A stretch of DNA of 64,000 nucleotides, from positions 4,785 to 68,784 of the forward strand of contig CAZSLL010000005.1 of NCBI GenBank assembly GCA_964607835.1, read 5' to 3'. Each line of letters starts with the position of its first letter. Within the stretch, counting starts at the first letter, position 1. Positions 28,343 through 38,231 of the stretch are shown one piece after another. Position numbers and translations under genes: made by a program. Source of the stretch: an uncultured archaeon. GTDB taxonomy: Archaea > Aenigmatarchaeota > Aenigmatarchaeia > QMZP01. Under the pieces are notes generated by a model, which was given only the letters and a program-made list of their open reading frames with translations, ran no database searches and had not been told where the DNA came from.

Positions 28343-29056
28343 CTACTGTCCTCCGAACCTGCGCTTCCTGTTCGAGAAGTCCTGGATTAAGGACATGAAC
28401 TCCTTCCTGTCCAGCTCAGGCCAGAAGGTCTCGGTGAAGGCCAGCTCTGAGTAGGCTGCCTGGAAAATCATGAAATTGGAAACCCTCTTCTCGCCCCCTG
28501 TCCTTATGATGAGGTCAGGGTCAGGGCTTCCGTTGGTCTGGAGGTTCTGCCTGAGCACCATGTCATTCACGTCCTCAGGAGCAAGCTTGCCATGGGAAAT
28601 CTGGAGGGCAATGCTTCTTGAGGCCTCGACGAGCTCCTGCCTCCCCCCGTAGGCCATGGCTATGTTGAGCCTGGCCTTGGTGTAGTGGCTGGTGGCCTTC
28701 TCTGCTCTCTTGATGTCATCCCTGAGCCCCTGGGGCAGTATGGAGAGCTTCCCGAAGAATTTCAGCTTTACATGGTTGGTGTGCACCAGGCTGTCATCGT
28801 GGTCAATCATGTCCGATATCTCCTTCCTGGCGAGATTGAGAAGGAAATCCAGCTCCTCACTGGGCCTCTTGTTCATGTTCTCGAGGCTGAGTGAATAAAT
28901 GGTTACATCATTGATTCCCAGCTCGTTGCACCAGTCGAGCACCTTCCTGAGTTTTCCCACTCCCCACTCGTGCCCCATTGAGGGCTGCTTCATGAGGCGC
29001 TTCGCGCAGCGCCTGTTTCCGTCGGGAATGATGCCTATATGCCTGGGAACATTCAT
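28343..29056 (-). CDS. uppS: Undecaprenyl-diphosphate synthase (cis-prenyltransferase, UppS)
   Basis: It has HIGIIPDGNRRCA and the characteristic C-terminal region LIIRTGGEKRVSNFMIFQAAYSELAFTETFWPE. I placed the start at the internal ATG (MNVPRH). Confidence 0.85.
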   Translation of the reverse strand: MNVPRHIGIIPDGNRRCAKRLMKQPSMGHEWGVGKLRKVLDWCNELGINDVTIYSLSLENMNKRPSEELDFLLNLARKEISDMIDHDDSLVHTNHVKLKFFGKLSILPQGLRDDIKRAEKATSHYTKARLNIAMAYGGRQELVEASRSIALQISHGKLAPEDVNDMVLRQNLQTNGSPDPDLIIRTGGEKRVSNFMIFQAAYSELAFTETFWPELDRKEFMSLIQDFSNRKRRFGGQ

Positions 29057-29156
29057 GTGACCCCTCTGGGGATGTAATGACGCGGACTGATTTATAAATG
29101 CATGCCGGCTGAATTGCGCTAAACAAATAATAATGGATATCAATAAATAATTAACC

Positions 29157-29996
29157 ATGTTCAGGTGGTACGGTGCCGTGGGCCTTTTCATGGTCCTCTT
29201 TGCCCAGGTCAATTTCCTGTTCAGGCTCCAGCCCTTTGCGCAGTGGTACTTTCCCATAATCTGGTTCGGGTTCATCTTCCTGGTGGATGCACTGGTATAC
29301 CACCTGAACAGGGAGTCACTTCTGATGAACAGGAGAAAGGCCTTCCTGGTCATGCTGGGGCTTTCTGCTGTGGTGTGGTGGCTTTTCGAGGCCATAGGCT
29401 GGTTGCTTGGCAACTGGCATTATTCAGGCATGGAGGGCTTCGGTGGCTGGGCAGAGAAGATGGCATTTGCCACCATATCATTCGCGACCGTGATTCCTGC
29501 CGTCTTCGAGGTGTCCATGCTCCTCAAGACCGTGCACCTTTTTGACAGGTGGAAGCTGAAAGAGAGGCATGATATTAACAAGGAACTGCTGTACGGCATG
29601 ATGTTTGTGGGCGTCCTGACGTTCATTGGCCCCGTGGCCTTTCCCCAGCTCTTTTATCCCCTCATATGGATATCATTCTTCCTGATACTGGACCCCATAA
29701 ATTACATGAACAGGAGGCCCAGTATAATCTCCCACCTCAAGGACAGGAGGCTGGCCGTGCCCGTGTCCATATTCGTTGGCGCCACAGTCTGCGGGTTCCT
29801 TTGGGAGTTCTGGAACTTCTGGGCCATACCAAAGTGGCACTACACCATACCCTTCGTGGATTTCCTCAAGGTCTTCGAGATGCCCATACTCGGTTACATT
29901 GGCTACGGGCCCTTCGGGCTGGAGCTATACGCCATGTACCATTTCTTCATGTGGCTGGTTCACGAGAAAAGGGCATCAGTGAAGCTATTTAAGTAG
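29157..29996 (+). CDS. Polytopic membrane protein (about 8 TM helices, Trp-rich)
   Basis: This call rests on hydropathy. It is divergent from uppS, so a role in glycan or lipid-carrier metabolism is possible. Confidence 0.5.
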   Translation: MFRWYGAVGLFMVLFAQVNFLFRLQPFAQWYFPIIWFGFIFLVDALVYHLNRESLLMNRRKAFLVMLGLSAVVWWLFEAIGWLLGNWHYSGMEGFGGWAEKMAFATISFATVIPAVFEVSMLLKTVHLFDRWKLKERHDINKELLYGMMFVGVLTFIGPVAFPQLFYPLIWISFFLILDPINYMNRRPSIISHLKDRRLAVPVSIFVGATVCGFLWEFWNFWAIPKWHYTIPFVDFLKVFEMPILGYIGYGPFGLELYAMYHFFMWLVHEKRASVKLFK

Positions 29997-30025
29997 GGCC
30001 GATTCATTTCCATAATGGTGAAAGA

Positions 30026-30847
30026 ATGATATTCGAGCTCCACTGCCACACGCATTATTCGAAGGGCACCAAGATTCCCACAGAGGTCATGATGAGCCCG
30101 AAAGAGGTGGTCAGGCTGGCCAGAAAGAATGGGATTGACGGACTGGCCATCACCGACCATAAGGTCACAGGGGCATGGAAAGAGGCAAGGCAGGAAGCCA
30201 AGAAGCAGGGAATAATGCTCATACCCGGGATGGAGGTGGAAAGCTCTGACGGGCATATCCTTGGCCTCGGTCTCTCCGAGGCAGTCCCCAACAGGCTCAC
30301 AGCAGAAGAGACCATGGAAAGGATAAGGGAGCAGGGGGGCTTTGTGGTGGCTCCGCACCCTTATGACATCAAGAATGACGGAATAAAGGACAAGTGCCTG
30401 GAGGCAGACGCAGTTGAGGTCTTCAACTCATTCGGCATGGACAGGATCGCTAACTGGTACACCAGAAGGAAGGCAGATAAGGCGGGCAGGCCCATGGTGG
30501 TGGGCTCTGACGTGCACATGCCTGAGATGATGGGACTCTCGGTGAACGTGGCAGAGGCCCGCTCAATGGATGAGCTGTTCTCTGAGATAAGGAAGGGCAG
30601 GGTGGGGTTCAGGACCCAGTGCGTTTCGGCAGGCCCGGTGGTGGGCTGGGCAAGGGACAGGATGGTTTCCTCATACGATGATGTGGTGAGGTATATCGAA
30701 AGGAATTACGGTGAGCCCAAGAAGTGGCTTTCCAGGACGCTGCTGGACAGGTTCGTGCACTCAGAGAGCTGTGTCTGGAATGCGCTGGGCAGCTTCTCCA
30801 TAACATGCGCAGTGGCCTACAGCGGTCTCAAGCTCTTCACTTACTGA
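30026..30847 (+). CDS. PHP-domain metal-dependent phosphoesterase
   Basis: It has ELHCHTHYS and ITDH, followed by PHP His/Asp motifs. Confidence 0.75.
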   Translation: MIFELHCHTHYSKGTKIPTEVMMSPKEVVRLARKNGIDGLAITDHKVTGAWKEARQEAKKQGIMLIPGMEVESSDGHILGLGLSEAVPNRLTAEETMERIREQGGFVVAPHPYDIKNDGIKDKCLEADAVEVFNSFGMDRIANWYTRRKADKAGRPMVVGSDVHMPEMMGLSVNVAEARSMDELFSEIRKGRVGFRTQCVSAGPVVGWARDRMVSSYDDVVRYIERNYGEPKKWLSRTLLDRFVHSESCVWNALGSFSITCAVAYSGLKLFTY

Positions 30848-30903
30848 GGAAAGCTTTTTAACCTAACATCTCCCTTTTAATCTTTAGCCCAAACCTTTCT
30901 TAT

Positions 30904-31048
30904 GCGGGAGTGTCCGAGCGGTCAAAGGGGCAAGGTTGAGGGCCTTGTGGCTTAGAACCCTTTTACAGGAGCCAAAGCGTCCGCAAAAGCGTTCGCGGAA
31001 AACCCGTAAAGGGGTAAGCAATGCCTTCGCAGGTTCGAATCCTGTCTC
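30904..31048 (+). tRNA. tRNA-Leu(GAG) with an insertion of about 66 nt in the variable arm that carries the conserved core
   Basis: The folded parts are acceptor GCGGGAG/CTCCCGC plus A, a class-II D-arm (GAGCGGTCAAA), anticodon stem CAAGG/CCTTG with loop TTGAGGG, and an intact T-arm GCAGG-TTCGAAT-CCTGT. The insert is AGAACCCTTTTACAGG...CCGCAAAAGCGTTCGCGGAAAACCCG.... Confidence 0.6.
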
Positions 31049-31115
31049 CCGCATTACACCTTTCTTTACAGGAGGTCACGACCTTCCTCAAGAAAGCCGT
31101 GGGAAAGAAATAATA

Positions 31116-31209
31116 ATGCATGTTGCTCCCCCGCTTGAGTGCCTGCCGGCCCATCCCCCTGCACAGTGGCCGGACGGGAAAGGTTTTCGGGAGCCTCTTG
31201 TAAGCGGGG
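31116..31209 (+). ncRNA. Pseudoknot-like structured element, copy 2 (long variable loop)
   Basis: ATGCATGTTGCTCCCCCGCTTG...GGGAGCctcttgtAAGCGGGG. The same two helices as copy 1 are present, and an inner GCCGGCC/GGCCGGC hairpin sits in the loop. Confidence 0.45.
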
Positions 31210-31238
31210 ATTGTATTCATCAATCTGGTTGGAAGCTT

Positions 31239-31289
31239 ATGCGTGTTGCTCCCCCGCTTGGAGAAGGCGGGAGCCTCTTGTAAGCGGGG
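31239..31289 (+). ncRNA. Pseudoknot-like structured element, copy 3 (short loop)
   Basis: ATGCGTGTTGCTCCCCCGCTTGgagaaggcGGGAGCctcttgtAAGCGGGG. Confidence 0.45.
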
Positions 31290-31346
31290 TATCATGTCTC
31301 CTGCTTTACGTTTTCTCTTTTTTGGAGTCGAGGGCCGAGATGCCCG

Positions 31347-31733
31347 TCAGGACATCTCAATCACATCCTCCTCCACCTTTCCGAGGTCGCGCTCAAGCCT
31401 CTCGATGTCCTTTTTCATGGCATCGAGATGTGAGAGAATCCTGTTCTTCTCCTTGTCGAACTCCTCCAGGGTGTCGAAAATCTTCTTGCCCTGCCTGAAC
31501 TCGGAAAGTGTCATCATGACATAGGGGTAGGTGTTCATGTTCTTGGACACCTTGGCGCACATGTCCTCCAGCCACTTGTTCATGTTGACCTTGACCTCTT
31601 TCTTAATCATCTTCTCCTTGTCAAGGTTCTTCTTCATTATCCTGACTATTGCTGCCTCAGGAAACGCTGTCCTTACCTGGGGCTCCTCCTTCTTCTCTTC
31701 CTTTTTCTCAGTTTTCTCGGCATGCTCTGCCAT
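31347..31733 (-). CDS. Histone-fold protein (archaeal histone / NF-YB-like) with a Lys/Glu-rich N-terminal tail and a C-terminal coiled-coil extension
   Basis: AFPEAAIVRIMKKNL resembles the histone-fold helix-1 motif LPIAxIxRIMK. At 128 aa it is longer than the canonical archaeal histones of about 68 aa. Confidence 0.45.
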   Translation of the reverse strand: MAEHAEKTEKKEEKKEEPQVRTAFPEAAIVRIMKKNLDKEKMIKKEVKVNMNKWLEDMCAKVSKNMNTYPYVMMTLSEFRQGKKIFDTLEEFDKEKNRILSHLDAMKKDIERLERDLGKVEEDVIEMS

Positions 31734-31834
31734 TCATCCACCTCCAAATCGAAACACTGCGTGATTATATTAATTATATAATTATATAATTGGTTAATTA
31801 ATAAAGGTTCCAGTAACAGCAAAAATATCAATCA

Positions 31835-32965
31835 TTGCTTATCATTATACGTATGGCGGATTCCGGGAAGAGAAGGAAAAGGCTCCTTGTGAACATCTCA
31901 ATTTCACTGCTTACCATCACCCTGCTTTTCGGGATAGCAGAGGTCTCTTGCAGGCTCTTCTGGGAGGACGAGATCAGCAATGATGACATGGACGGCAACC
32001 TGTATTCTATCACCTTCGGGGATCTCGGGGGCTCATTCGGGACCGGATACCTGATAAAGAACGGTCTTCTCTAAACACCCTCAGGGGAGATATCAAAATC
32101 CCACTACACCCGGTTTGTGAGCAGCGATTACGAGAATGATAAGGAGGATGGGGATTTCAGGATAGTGGTTTTGGGCGACTCCTACACCGCAAGGTACGGG
32201 CTCAGGGAAAAGGAAAGCTCATATACTGAGATTCTGGAGCGAAGGCTAGACATGTGGGAAGGGAAGAGCAAGCACGGAATAAGAGGTTTCCAGGTCATCC
32301 CTTTGTGCACGGATGGGATGAACACCTTCCAGGAGATCACCCTCCTCAAGGAGATGGGGCTGTCGTACGAGCCTGACATGGTGATACTGCAGTACTGCGA
32401 CAATGACATACTCGATGACATGGTGCCCGGATTGATTGGTGAGAATGCCGAAGATGGGACAATAAGTTTTAACCCTGATGTAAGGTATATAGCCGTGGGA
32501 AACAGCATTATCCCGGAAATGCCATTCACAGGAGAGGCCGCAAGCAAGACGCTTTTCAATTCACATTTCATGAGATTCGTTTCCTACAGGTTGAACACCA
32601 TTCTCATAATGCAGGACAACAGCTACAAGGAAAGCTTTGACTCCCTCAGGGAGCTTGATGAGATAACCGACGAGGAGAGCATACCCCTGATAATAATCAA
32701 TTTCCCGTATGCTAGCAGGAGCCATGACTACTGCAGCAATGATGTAGGTCTCATGGGAAAATCACTCCACATGGAGCTTTCTAGGCTTTAGAAAGAGCTG
32801 GATGTTCCCTTCCACAACATGTGCGATTTCGTAGACAATATATCAGAGATAAAAACCAACCTGAGAGCGGATGACGAGCATTACGGGGAGAAAGGCCACG
32901 AGATTGCTGCAGAGATTCTCAGGGACGCGGTCATAGAGACATTAGAAACAATTAAACACTGCTGA
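31835..32965 (+). pseudogene. SGNH/GDSL-family hydrolase in three pieces: a TM-anchor ORF, the core, and a C-terminal segment after an in-frame TAG
   Basis: The core has VVLGDSYT (the GDS motif). The catalytic-His region DDEHYGEKGHEIAAE lies after the TAG at 32789-32791, in the same frame. The N-terminal TM ORF (31835-32074) is in a different frame. Confidence 0.45.
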
Positions 32966-33405
32966 TAATTGATATTTATGGACACCAGAAAGGCGGGAAT
33001 GGCAGCAGGGTACCTTACATCATATTGCATTTTCACTTTCATGCTCTACTTAATACTGTCTTTCTCAGGCAGGCTTCCTGAGGGATGGTTCATACCGCAT
33101 GCAGTGATGATTTCTGGACTAATCAGCGCTTCAGGTTACGGCCTCAGGAGGTGGCTTTCATGAGGGATTTCCTGCGGGGATTCAGGGAGGGCATGAGGCT
33201 CTTTGGTGAGGGCATATCTGTCCTGGTGAACAGCGCCCTGCTTTCGCTGGTTTATCTTGTAGGTGTGGGGCTCACTGCAGCGGGAGCGAGGGCAAAAGGA
33301 AAGAAGTTCCTTGACATGGGAGAAGCAGATTGCGGGAGCTTCTGGGAGGATGCCCCGGAAGGGCAGGACATTGAGAGTTACTATAGGCAGTATTGAGGTC
33401 ATGCT

Positions 33406-35132
33406 ATGTATATATTAGGAATAGGGTGCTTCTATCACGACTCCTCAGCAACCCTGCTGAAGGACGGAAAGGTAGTCGCGGCAGCAGAGGAAGAGAGGTT
33501 CAGCAGGAAGAAGCATGACAACTCATTCCCTTTCAGGGCCATCGAATACTGCCTTGAGAGCCAAGGGATATCAATGAAAGGGGTTGACAGTGTGGCTTTC
33601 TACGAGAAGCCCATGATCAAGTTCGAGAGAATCCTGCATCAGCACATAGACGCTTTTCCAAGAAGCATGAAGACCTTTCTTGCGGGCATGCCTTCGTGGA
33701 TGACCGAGAAGCTTCGGGTAACAAGGATAGTCAGGAAGAAGCTCGGCTACGGGGGAGACGTGCTCTTCATTGACCATCACCTGGCGCACGCCGCCAGCGC
33801 TTTCATGGCCAGCCCCTTCCAGGAAGCGGCTGTTCTTGTGATGGACGCAGTTGGGGAATGGGCCACCACCAGCTACGGCGTAGGGGAAGGTAATGGGATA
33901 AGGCTTATGAAGGAGATAAGGTTCCCGCATTCGCTTGGTTTGCTCTATTCCACCATAACAGCCAACCTTGGTTTCAGCGTGAACAACTCGGAGTACAAGG
34001 TCATGGGGCTGAGCGCCTACGGGAACATGGACAGGAAGGAAAACCCCTATTACAGTAAGCTCAGGAAGGTTATTGATATCAGAGAAGATGGGAGCTTTGG
34101 ACTGGACATGGAATATTTCAGTTACCACTACTCTGACATGATGCCTTCTGACAAGCTGTGCGAGCTGCTGGGAGGGGAGCCAAGGAAAGGGGGGGGGAAG
34201 AGCTGGCAAAGCGGCACAAAGACATCGCAGCGGCCGTGCAAATGGTGACTGAGGACGCTGTCCTGAAGGCACTCAAACATGCCCACAAGGAAACGGGAAA
34301 GGAAAACCTGGTCATGGCAGGAGGGGTGGCCCTGAACAGCGCCATTAATGGCAAGGTCCTGAGTAAGACCCCATTCAAGAGGCTCTGGGTCCAGCCGAAT
34401 GCCACAGACGGGGGCGCCTCCATGGGAGCTGCTTTGTTTGCACACTGCTCTGTAATCGGAAAGGAAAGGAGTTATGTGATGATTGAACCCTGTATAGGGC
34501 CTGGGTTCTCCTCTAATGATATCAGGGCCAGTCTGGAGGATAATGGGGTCCCTTTCAGGGAGCTCGGGAGCGACAGGGAAATCGTGAGGGAAACCGCAAA
34601 ATCACTCACTGAGGGAATGGTTGTCGGATGGTTCCAGGGAAGGATGGAATGGGGTCCCAGGGCCCTGGGGAACAGGAGCATACTCGCTGACCCCACCATC
34701 CCTGGCATGAAGGACAGGATTAACGAGAGAGTAAAGCACAGGGAAGGGTTCAGGCCTTTCGCTCCTGCTGTGTGCGAAGAGGACGCGGGCAGGTTCTTCG
34801 AGGTGGACAGACCCCTGCCGGACCCCTCCAGGTTCATGCTCATGGTGTGCCCTGTGAAAGAGGCATGGATGAAGAGAATACCAGCCGTCACCCACGTTGA
34901 CGGAACCGCCAGGGTGCAGGCAGTGAGCAGTAAAACTAGTCCATTGTTCCATTCACTGATAAAGGAGTTCGGAAGGCGGTCCGGGGTTCCGGTTCTGCTC
35001 AACACCTCTTTCAACGTAAGGGGTGAGCCCATAGTGTGCACGCCCGGGGATGCCCTCGATTGCTTCAGGAAGACAGGGATAGACTTGGTGGTAATGGGCA
35101 GGTTTTTAATTAACAAAAGCAATATTGAATAG
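33406..35132 (+). CDS. Carbamoyltransferase (NodU/CmcH family) interrupted by a frameshift at a G9 homopolymer
   Basis: The N-terminal domain is Kae1-like (ILGIGCFYHDSSATLL, IDHHLAHAASAF) and the C-terminal domain is a carbamoyltransferase domain. The reading frame changes at GGGGGGGGG (34189-34197). Confidence 0.7.
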
Positions 35133-35142
35133 GAGATTGTTA

Positions 35143-35304
35143 ATGGCAAAAAACAAGAACCTTGTGAGCGAACTGTGGGGCTTCCTTAAGGTAAGGAAAG
35201 CCTGGTGGCTGGCTCCCATCGTGATAATGCTCCTGCTGGTTGGGGTGCTCATAATCTTCGGCCAGAGCACTGCTGTGTCGCCCTTCATCTACACACTGTT
35301 CTGA
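35143..35304 (+). CDS. Small membrane protein (53 aa)
   Basis: My translation is MAKNKNLVSELWGFLKVRKAWWLAPIVIMLLLVGVLIIFGQSTAVSPFIYTLF. I associate this type of small protein with carbamoyltransferase genes. It is not in the ORF track. Confidence 0.45.
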   Translation: MAKNKNLVSELWGFLKVRKAWWLAPIVIMLLLVGVLIIFGQSTAVSPFIYTLF

Positions 35305-35357
35305 GCAGGCCGAAGCTTTCTGGTAAGTTATTTAACATGAGGCACACAATAGGTTAA

Positions 35358-36539
35358 GTGAGTGACATGGTCGATTTTTACCTTGCTTCCATGCTGGTGT
35401 TCATACTGCTACTCCTGGGGTTCTTCTGGTACGACAGGAAGAACGTGGAGAGGCAGAGCATCATTTTCCTGAGGAAGACCGAGAGGGGAAAGAGGTTCCT
35501 CACGAACCTTGGAAGGAGGTTCCCCAGGCTGTGGTGGGTTTACGGGAACATGGCCGTCACGGTGGGATTCGCCGCCTCTGTGTTCATATCAGTGTTCCTT
35601 TTCATAACCCTGTCCCAGAGCCTCGTGGCGGATACACAAGCCCCTCTTGCGCTTGTCCTTCCCAGCCCCACCAGCGAGCTGGTTCAGGGTCCGGGTTTCT
35701 TCGGTGTCCCTTTCTGGTACTGGATAATAAGCATATTCCTGCTAATTCTGGTTCATGAGGGCTCCCACGGGATAATGGCCGCAAGGGAGAGGGTGAGGAT
35801 AAAGCACCTGGGATGGGGTGCACTTGCTGTTATTCCCCTGGCATTCGTGGAGCCTGACGAGAAGCAGCTCCAGAAGGAGAAGACCACCAAGCAGCTTAGG
35901 GTGTTCGCAGCCGGCTCGTTCGGCAATTTCATGCTGGCAGGCCTGGCAGCCGCCATCATACTTTCATCACTCCCTGCATTTTATGAGCCTGCAGGAGTGG
36001 GATTCAGCGGATTCATGGAGGGGCTTCCTGCACAGGAGGCTAACCTCACCGGAAGGATAATCGGGATAGACGGGCAGGAAATAAGCGATCTGGGGGACCT
36101 TTCAGCCAAGCTCGATGAAGTGGGCCCTGGAAAGACCATCAGCATAAGGACAATAGTGGAAACAGAATCCGGTCCAGAGGAGAGGCTGTTCACACTCACT
36201 ACAGAGGAGGACCCCAGCGGTCAGTCTGAAGGGGGGTACATAGGGATAGCCGGGGTATACACATCATGGGAGCTAAGGGAGGGAGTGGCAGCCCCGGGCC
36301 TCATGGCATTCCTTTTCGGCAGGAGCCCGAACTTCATGGGGCTTTTCTCATTCCTTTACCTCATCAACTTTGGAGTGGGAATGTTCAACCTCCTTCCCCT
36401 CGGGCCTCTTGATGGCGGAAGAATGTGGAGGCTGGTGCTGGACAGGGTCATCCCCAGGAGATCAAAGCAGGTCATGAACGGGGTGAGCTGGGTATTCCTG
36501 CTTCTTATAATACTGCTCTTCACCAGCGCCTTCATCTGA
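35358..36539 (+). CDS. Site-2 protease (M50 family) with a PDZ domain
   Basis: It has the HExxH motif VHEGSHGIMA inside a TM helix, the LDGG motif (NLLPLGPLDGGRM), and a PDZ-like central region. Confidence 0.7.
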   Translation: MSDMVDFYLASMLVFILLLLGFFWYDRKNVERQSIIFLRKTERGKRFLTNLGRRFPRLWWVYGNMAVTVGFAASVFISVFLFITLSQSLVADTQAPLALVLPSPTSELVQGPGFFGVPFWYWIISIFLLILVHEGSHGIMAARERVRIKHLGWGALAVIPLAFVEPDEKQLQKEKTTKQLRVFAAGSFGNFMLAGLAAAIILSSLPAFYEPAGVGFSGFMEGLPAQEANLTGRIIGIDGQEISDLGDLSAKLDEVGPGKTISIRTIVETESGPEERLFTLTTEEDPSGQSEGGYIGIAGVYTSWELREGVAAPGLMAFLFGRSPNFMGLFSFLYLINFGVGMFNLLPLGPLDGGRMWRLVLDRVIPRRSKQVMNGVSWVFLLLIILLFTSAFI

Positions 36540-36954
36540 CTACTCCCAGGAACCGTCCAGCAGCGAACCTGTCAGATTGTTTATTTGGATAAGCACTGTT
36601 CCGAAGGGCTGGGTTATAACGTAACCGGCAAGTGAGCCTTCCATGAAAACTTCGTAATAGCCGCCGTTCTGCAAGAAGCTGTAGCCCTCTTCGGTTAGGC
36701 CCCTGCACACACTGCAGAGGGGCTTTTCACTGCCAAAGAAGTACCTCGCCTCTCTCATTGCTTGAAAAGAGCACGGCAAGGCTTATAAACCCCTTATGGC
36801 AATTATGGATACCTTATATGCATCTGCATTGTACAGAATCGAACCGGGGTGCGTGCCGGCCAATGGCCGGAAGGAAAATTTAAAACCCGGTAGCACCAGA
36901 CCAATGGTCTCAGGCGGGGGTGCCATCCCGCCGGTGTTGCTGAACTGGGGGTGA

Positions 36955-37653
36955 ATGGATATGGCAAACTTCAAGATAGTGATATCAGACCCTAAGAACA
37001 GGAAGGCCTTCCAGAAAGAGATAGAGCAGAAGGCGTCCGGTTTCATGGGCAAGAGGATAGGAGAGAAGGTCAGGGGCGACGGCCTGGGCCTTCAGGGATA
37101 CGAGTTCCAGGTCACAGGAGGCTCTGACGCGCAGGGATTCCCCATGAGGAAGGACTTCGAGGGAATAGCCAGGAAGAAGGTCATCCTCTCCAGGGGGACG
37201 GGCTTCAGGACAACCGTGAGCGGGCAGAGGAAAAGGAAGTCCGTAAGGGGCAACACAATATCCCCTGCAATTGCCCAGATAAACGCCAAGATTGTGACCT
37301 ACGGGAGCAAGCCAATTGAGGAGCTCGCTGGCAAGGCAGAGAAGAAGGAGGAAAAGCTCTCCAAGCTCTCTGAGGAGGAGAGGAAGAAGAAGCTCCAGCA
37401 GGAACTCACAGGAATGGTTGAGGAGAAGGCTCCTGAGAAGAGCAGGAGCGAACAGATAAAGGATGAGATGGAGTCCCAGACAAAATCTCCTGATTCCGGT
37501 TCTGAGAAGCCTTCAGGGGAAGAGAAGCCGAACGATGAGCCAAAAAAGAAGAAGGCTTCGGCGAAGGGCGAGTCCCATGATGAGAAGGAGGAGAAGCCTG
37601 CTGCACAGGAATCAGAGTCAAAGGAAGGCTCCTCTGATAAGAAGGAAAAGTAA
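36955..37653 (+). CDS. rps6e: Ribosomal protein S6e with a C-terminal Lys/Glu/Ser-rich extension
   Basis: KIVISDPKN...YEFQVTGGSDAQGFPMRKD matches the S6e signature. Confidence 0.8.
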   Translation: MDMANFKIVISDPKNRKAFQKEIEQKASGFMGKRIGEKVRGDGLGLQGYEFQVTGGSDAQGFPMRKDFEGIARKKVILSRGTGFRTTVSGQRKRKSVRGNTISPAIAQINAKIVTYGSKPIEELAGKAEKKEEKLSKLSEEERKKKLQQELTGMVEEKAPEKSRSEQIKDEMESQTKSPDSGSEKPSGEEKPNDEPKKKKASAKGESHDEKEEKPAAQESESKEGSSDKKEK

Positions 37654-37926
37654 CGACCAAGTGAGGCCGGGGCTTCCCGGCCGAACCTTATTTTTTGTTC
37701 AGCAGTATCTTTTGTCATCTGGTTTTGTTGAGTAGCCGGTTCTCTCGCTGAGCAGTCCAAGGTAATGCCTGAGCGTGTCCTGCTGGCTCGAGCTTGATGA
37801 ACAGGCCCTTATTGCCCAGTTTATGTCACCAAGCGACAGGTCGGTTTTCTTCATGAAGCATCTCCAATTTTGACAAGAGCTATAATATTCACGCAACTAT
37901 TTAAAACAGATTCCCCGCAGAAGGAG

Positions 37927-38067
37927 GGCGGGATGCCTACCAGCAAAGACCGAACCACCTGCACTTGTGTCCCTTCATCCTTGCGATGCAGCAGTCCTTG
38001 CAGATTTTGGCTCCCTTCGGGTTGTGTATCTCACATGTCCGGCAAACTGACTGTTTGCCGCAGTCGT
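37927..38067 (-). CDS. Small Cys-rich zinc-finger protein (46 aa)
   Basis: I translated it by hand as MTCDDCGKQSVCRTCEIHNPKGAKICKDCCIARMKGHKCRWFGLCW. It is not in the ORF track. Confidence 0.3.
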
Positions 38068-38231
38068 CGCACGTCATTAAGTGTTTACACCATGCCTTGG
38101 GGCCCGTTGAAAACAGCGTATGCTTTTCGTAATGGCCTTAAGAGAATTTACTGGGGAATCATATATTTAAGCCTTGTCCCGGGCCCGGAAAACCGGGAGC
38201 CTTATAAAAAGTTTTTCTACAAAATCAAGCC

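Noticed and set aside
31099-31300. H/ACA or C/D box sRNA interpretation of the repeated hairpin elements
   Set aside because: There is no ANA/ACA box at the expected spacing after the stems and no C (RUGAUGA) or D (CUGA) box pair. A pseudoknot-like fold fits better.
36783-36960. Candidate tRNA or SRP RNA in the hairpin-rich intergenic region upstream of rps6e (CCGGCCAATGGCCGG, AGACCAATGGTCT, GCGGGGGTGCCATCCCGC)
   Set aside because: I could not fold a cloverleaf, and no SRP or RNase P consensus (GGAAAGUCC, GNAR apical loops) was found. It may be regulatory, but this is unresolved.
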